A stretch of DNA of 64,000 nt from Nanobdellota archaeon (lineage in GTDB: Archaea > Nanobdellota > Nanobdellia > Pacearchaeales > GW2011-AR1). Numbering within the stretch: position 1 is the first letter of the stretch; each line of letters starts with the position of its first letter. The stretch is from NCBI GenBank assembly GCA_043810695.1, contig JBDRNV010000005.1:10590-74589 (forward strand). The letters are read 5' to 3'. The position numbers and the translations under genes were made by a program. Shown here piece after piece: positions 60,679 to 64,000 of this stretch. The notes beneath the pieces are model-generated. The model searched no databases and was not told where the DNA came from. It saw only the letters and a list, made by a program, of their open reading frames with translations.

Positions 60679-61392
60679 TTATTGTTTTCTTTTTACTATT
60701 TTTTGTGAAGTGGCTTCGCCACCAACAACAACCACCCTACCATAATCGATGGAATACGCCAAGCTACCACCGTCGGAGTACAAATCCAAGCCCCTGCCCA
60801 AGTACAACCCGGAAAGTCCTGAATCTCTTGTATAAAGAGTTCTATTTCCTTTTTTATCAAATATAGGCATTCCACGTTCATCTTGTCTTACAAATTTTTG
60901 TTGATTATTTTTATTATTCAATTCAGGAGCTTCAAAATAATCAAAGGTTTTTCCTCTCTTAAAATTTAAACCATAAAAAGAATTACCATCCTCAACTAAT
61001 TCTAAGCCATTCATAACAACAGGTTCATTAAATTTTCTTTTTTTAATAAGTTTAGCCAATGTTTCTGCTAAATAATCATTTCTTTCATAAGTATCTTCGT
61101 TACTTCTTAATACAAGAGAAGGAACATCTTCATATGTTCCATTTAAAAAATTATTATCTAATTGGATTATTTGGTCTAATTCTGGTAAAGTAGCTGTCCT
61201 TATTCCTACCTGATTAAGCAAAAGAACCTTAAAAAGATTAGAACCTTTTATAGAAATATCTAATGAATTTTTTGCCCTTTCATTATTAAACTTTTTAATA
61301 GCATCTTCATATATTTTCTGCTCATTTTCTGATAAAAATCCTGCTATTAAGTAAGGCACATTCTTGGGTATAAATCTTATTGTCTTTTCCAT
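60679..61392 (-). CDS. DGR target protein 2 (paralog of target 1)
   Basis: contains VR2 encoding LSGLYLGRGLDLYSDGGSLAYSIDYGRV; shares GTYED, YLA, NRTLYTRDSG with target 1. Confidence 0.92.
   Translation of the reverse strand: MEKTIRFIPKNVPYLIAGFLSENEQKIYEDAIKKFNNERAKNSLDISIKGSNLFKVLLLNQVGIRTATLPELDQIIQLDNNFLNGTYEDVPSLVLRSNEDTYERNDYLAETLAKLIKKRKFNEPVVMNGLELVEDGNSFYGLNFKRGKTFDYFEAPELNNKNNQQKFVRQDERGMPIFDKKGNRTLYTRDSGLSGLYLGRGLDLYSDGGSLAYSIDYGRVVVVGGEATSQKIVKRKQ
60710..60722 (-). other. hairpin 3' of VR2 (GTGGC-GAA-GCCAC)
   Basis: 5-bp stem, GAA loop, same position as in target 1. Confidence 0.75.
60732..60817 (-). repeat. DGR variable repeat VR2
   Basis: 69/86 identical to TR; all 17 mismatches at TR adenines. 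Confidence 0.96.
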
Positions 61393-61471
61393 GCATTTTC
61401 AAGAAATAGATGATATTTAAATGTTTCTATTATGTTACCCCTTAATAATTAATAATGATTATCTCTTTAAA

Positions 61472-62014
61472 TCAGCCACGCTTGGATGATTTCTTCTTCC
61501 CAAACTTCTTATTAAAATAATAAGCAAGCCATATTAAAATAACTAGTCCTATAAGAGATATCAAAAATCTAATCCAGTTTAAAGTATAAGGCCAGTAAGC
61601 ACCAGAGCCATAAATCAAAGTACCTATTCCTCCACCCATCAAACCAACACCAACTGTTTCAAGTCCAAAGAAAAAAGCTCCCAAAGCAACTATAGCAATT
61701 CCAACAGGAAGCGCTAGAAAGAAAACTTTTTTGCTTCTTTCTTTCATCAGATTATCAAACTCTTGGCTACAATAATAATACAAATCACAATAGCCATTTT
61801 CAGAAGTTTCTACTGGTTTTATACCTGCATAATAACTCCACCTGCCTCCTTCTGCAATACAAGTAGCATTATCATTTATAGGAATATCCTATCCAACATT
61901 ACCGCAAAAATCTTCATAATCTGGTTTTGGAAAAAGAGTATTTATTCCGTAAAAAGTCACAAAAATAGTAAGTATTATTATCGCAATAGCAAGAAGAACA
62001 TTTTTTAGATTCAT
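61472..62014 (-). pseudogene. membrane protein gene with a single in-frame TAG (61889-61891)
   Basis: MNLKNV...FCGNVG*DIPINDNATCIAEGGRW...GYCDLYYYCSQEF... continuous in one frame. Confidence 0.8.
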
Positions 62015-62065
62015 ATTATAAAAAAATCTAAAACATTTATAAACCTTGTCAAGTAACTTTTTATC

Positions 62066-62476
62066 ATGGAAAACTATGAAAAACTTCTTGAAGAAGCATA
62101 TAAAAAAATAAAGAAAAATGATACTTGCAGTGATAGATTTGAAATTCCTAAAATAGAAGGACATTTTGAAGGAAAAAAGACAATACTTACAAATTTTTAT
62201 CAGATAGCTTCATATTTAAGAAGAAATCAAGAGCATTTTCAGAAATTCATGCTTAAAGAACTTGCAGCATCAGGACAAAAAGAAGGAGATAGATTAATAT
62301 TAAATATAAAGGTTCAAAGCGAAAAAATAAATCAAAAAGTAGAAGAATATGCAAATGAATTTGTAATTTGCAGAGAATGCAAAAAGCCTGATACAGAACT
62401 CATAAAAGAAGGAAGAATAACTTTTGTTCACTGCTTGGCTTGTGGAGCAAAACATCCTGTTGGTAGTAAGGTTTAA
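62066..62476 (+). CDS. eif2b: translation initiation factor aIF-2 beta
   Basis: 'RFEIP', 'KTILTNF', 'CRECKKPDT..CLACGA'. Confidence 0.95.
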   Translation: MENYEKLLEEAYKKIKKNDTCSDRFEIPKIEGHFEGKKTILTNFYQIASYLRRNQEHFQKFMLKELAASGQKEGDRLILNIKVQSEKINQKVEEYANEFVICRECKKPDTELIKEGRITFVHCLACGAKHPVGSKV

Positions 62477-62514
62477 AAAACAAAATTCCTTACAAATTTT
62501 ATGGAGGTAAAAAA

Positions 62515-62706
62515 ATGGTAAAAGGTTATTGCGTAAAGTGTAAGAAAAAAGATATGGATATGAAGAATCCTGAAATAAAGCAAACAGCAAGAGGAGGCTA
62601 TATGGCCCAGGGTGGATGTACTGCATGCGGAACAAGAATGAGTGCTATGCTTTCAAAGGATAATGCAGAAAGAGCTATCAAAGAAGGTGCTAAAAAAGCT
62701 TTCTAA
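62515..62706 (+). CDS. small Zn-binding protein (DUF5679-like)
   Basis: 'YCVKCK', 'GGCTACGTRM'; GGAGG upstream. Confidence 0.75.
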   Translation: MVKGYCVKCKKKDMDMKNPEIKQTARGGYMAQGGCTACGTRMSAMLSKDNAERAIKEGAKKAF

Positions 62707-62720
62707 TCTCTTTTTTTAAA

Positions 62721-63017
62721 ATGTTTGTGAATATAATCCAGGCATACAGAGACATAGTTGCAGTTTGTGATAAAGAACTTCTTGGTAAAAGATTTGAAGA
62801 AGGTAAATTTCAACTGGATGTAAAAGAAAATTTCTATAAGGGAAAAGATGCAGATAGAATAAAAATCCTAAAAATAATGAAAGAGATGTCAAAAGAGGAC
62901 GCAACTTTTAACATTGTTGGAGAAAAATCAATAAATACCGCTCTTGAAGCAGGAATAATTTCAAAAGAGGAAATAAGAAGAATTAAGGGGATTCCGTTCG
63001 CTTTAATTTTATTATAA
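62721..63017 (+). CDS. DUF424 family protein
   Basis: 'VAVCDKELLG', 'FYKG', 'NIVG', 'GIPFA'. Confidence 0.85.
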   Translation: MFVNIIQAYRDIVAVCDKELLGKRFEEGKFQLDVKENFYKGKDADRIKILKIMKEMSKEDATFNIVGEKSINTALEAGIISKEEIRRIKGIPFALILL

Positions 63018-63077
63018 AAATTCTATTAATATTCTAATTGCATTACTTTTATAAATAATCTTAAATAACAATATTTT

Positions 63078-63404
63078 ATGGGAGATAATTTTAAAGGAGA
63101 AAATAATGGAGAAGAGCAGATTACAAGAGCAAGAATTCCAAGAGGAGGAGAAATAATAGGTGTAATAGAACAAAGACTTGGAGGCAATAAAATGTTTGTA
63201 GATTGTCTTGATGGAAAAAAAAGAAACTGCAGGGTTCCAGGCAGATTAAAAAGAGCTTTATGGTTACGTCCAGGAGATGTTGTTATAATAGAATTATGGG
63301 AGCTTGATAAAAATAAAGGTGATATTATTTTCAAATATCCTTCAAACCAGGTAGCATGGTTAAAAAAGAACAAATATCTATCTGAAGAATCAAAAGAGTT
63401 CTGA
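63078..63404 (+). CDS. eif1a: translation initiation factor aIF-1A
   Basis: 'LGGNKM.V.C.DG..R.CRVPGR', 'LWLRPGDVV', 'KGDIIFKY'. Confidence 0.95.
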   Translation: MGDNFKGENNGEEQITRARIPRGGEIIGVIEQRLGGNKMFVDCLDGKKRNCRVPGRLKRALWLRPGDVVIIELWELDKNKGDIIFKYPSNQVAWLKKNKYLSEESKEF

Positions 63405-63406
63405 AA

Positions 63407-64000
63407 ATGACAGAAGAAACAAATGAGAGTAAAGATTGGAAAAAACTTGATGAAAAAGAAAAATCTTACACTGTTAGGGTATTAAATTGGTTTCATTTTA
63501 GAACAAATAGACAGTCTTGGTTAAAAGAGGAAACAATAACCTGGGAGTTAGTTAGATTGTTACAAATAATTCCCTATGAATATTTATTAAAAAATTTTCT
63601 GATAAAAATTAAAGAGAAAAATACTTCAATAAGTAAAATTATTGATTTAATTATAAGCGAAATAAATAATGCAAAAATTGAGCCATATCCTTATTTGAGA
63701 TTAAAAGGTAACAAGAATAAAAGCCGTTCAGATATAGAAATAAAAACGGATAATTCGTGCCTATGGATAGAAGTTAAAACACAGTTAATAAAAGAGAAAC
63801 TTTTATTAAATCAAATTAATAAACAAATAAATTCTCCAAATTTTATTAAGAATAAAAATAAAGCGATTATAGTTTTGATACCTGAAAATCAAGAATATTC
63901 CAAAGAAAAAATAACTTGGAGGGAGATATTTATTATTTTAGAAGAAAGTTATAAATCAATTAAAAGCAAAAATAATAAAATATTAAGAGGATATGAATTA
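63407..64000 (+). CDS. PD-(D/E)XK nuclease-like protein, 3' truncated (absent from ORF track)
   Basis: hand translation open to window end: 'KSRSDIEI..LWIEVK..NQI..ITWREI'. Confidence 0.65.
   Translation, partial: MTEETNESKDWKKLDEKEKSYTVRVLNWFHFRTNRQSWLKEETITWELVRLLQIIPYEYLLKNFLIKIKEKNTSISKIIDLIISEINNAKIEPYPYLRLKGNKNKSRSDIEIKTDNSCLWIEVKTQLIKEKLLLNQINKQINSPNFIKNKNKAIIVLIPENQEYSKEKITWREIFIILEESYKSIKSKNNKILRGYEL

Larger units (their letters stand above)
58436..61392 (-). mobile_element. diversity-generating retroelement (target2-target1-leader/TR-RT)
   Basis: RT + template repeat + two variable repeats with adenine-only mismatches. Confidence 0.97.

Noticed and set aside
61889..61891. Genome-wide amber recoding
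   Set aside because: TAG terminates conserved genes in this window (for example tfs at 16791-16793), and only one internal TAG was seen.
1..64000. CRISPR array or rRNA genes
   Set aside because: No regularly spaced repeats and no long GC-rich non-coding tract seen.

Overview
Low-GC archaeal chromosome segment. The gene set (TBP, TFS, Rpo11, MCM, RPA, FEN1, PolB, Cdc48, aRF1, aIF-2beta, aIF-1A, L15e, NAC, BHB-intron tRNAs) and the near absence of metabolic genes point to a DPANN archaeon, probably Pacearchaeota-like (inference). Housekeeping genes are interrupted by many small accessory insertions. The main discovery is a diversity-generating retroelement (DGR) at about 58.4-61.4 kb on the minus strand. 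It has a DGR-type reverse transcriptase, an 86-bp template repeat, and two tandem target genes whose variable repeats each differ from the template at 17 positions, all of them template adenines. Each variable repeat is followed by a GAA-loop hairpin. No avd-type accessory ORF is present. Instead, a structured non-coding leader with its own TATA-like box precedes the template. Other observations: a toxin-antitoxin pair bracketed by a duplicated RPA gene 3' end, a dispersed 28-bp semi-palindromic motif, a frameshifted HTH-LAGLIDADG gene, a tRNA-Gly with a broken anticodon stem, a tRNA-Lys 3'-derived structured element, an operator-like repeat around an HTH regulator, and tandem surface/lipoprotein paralogs with conserved N-termini. 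All protein calls come from motif recognition, not database searches.
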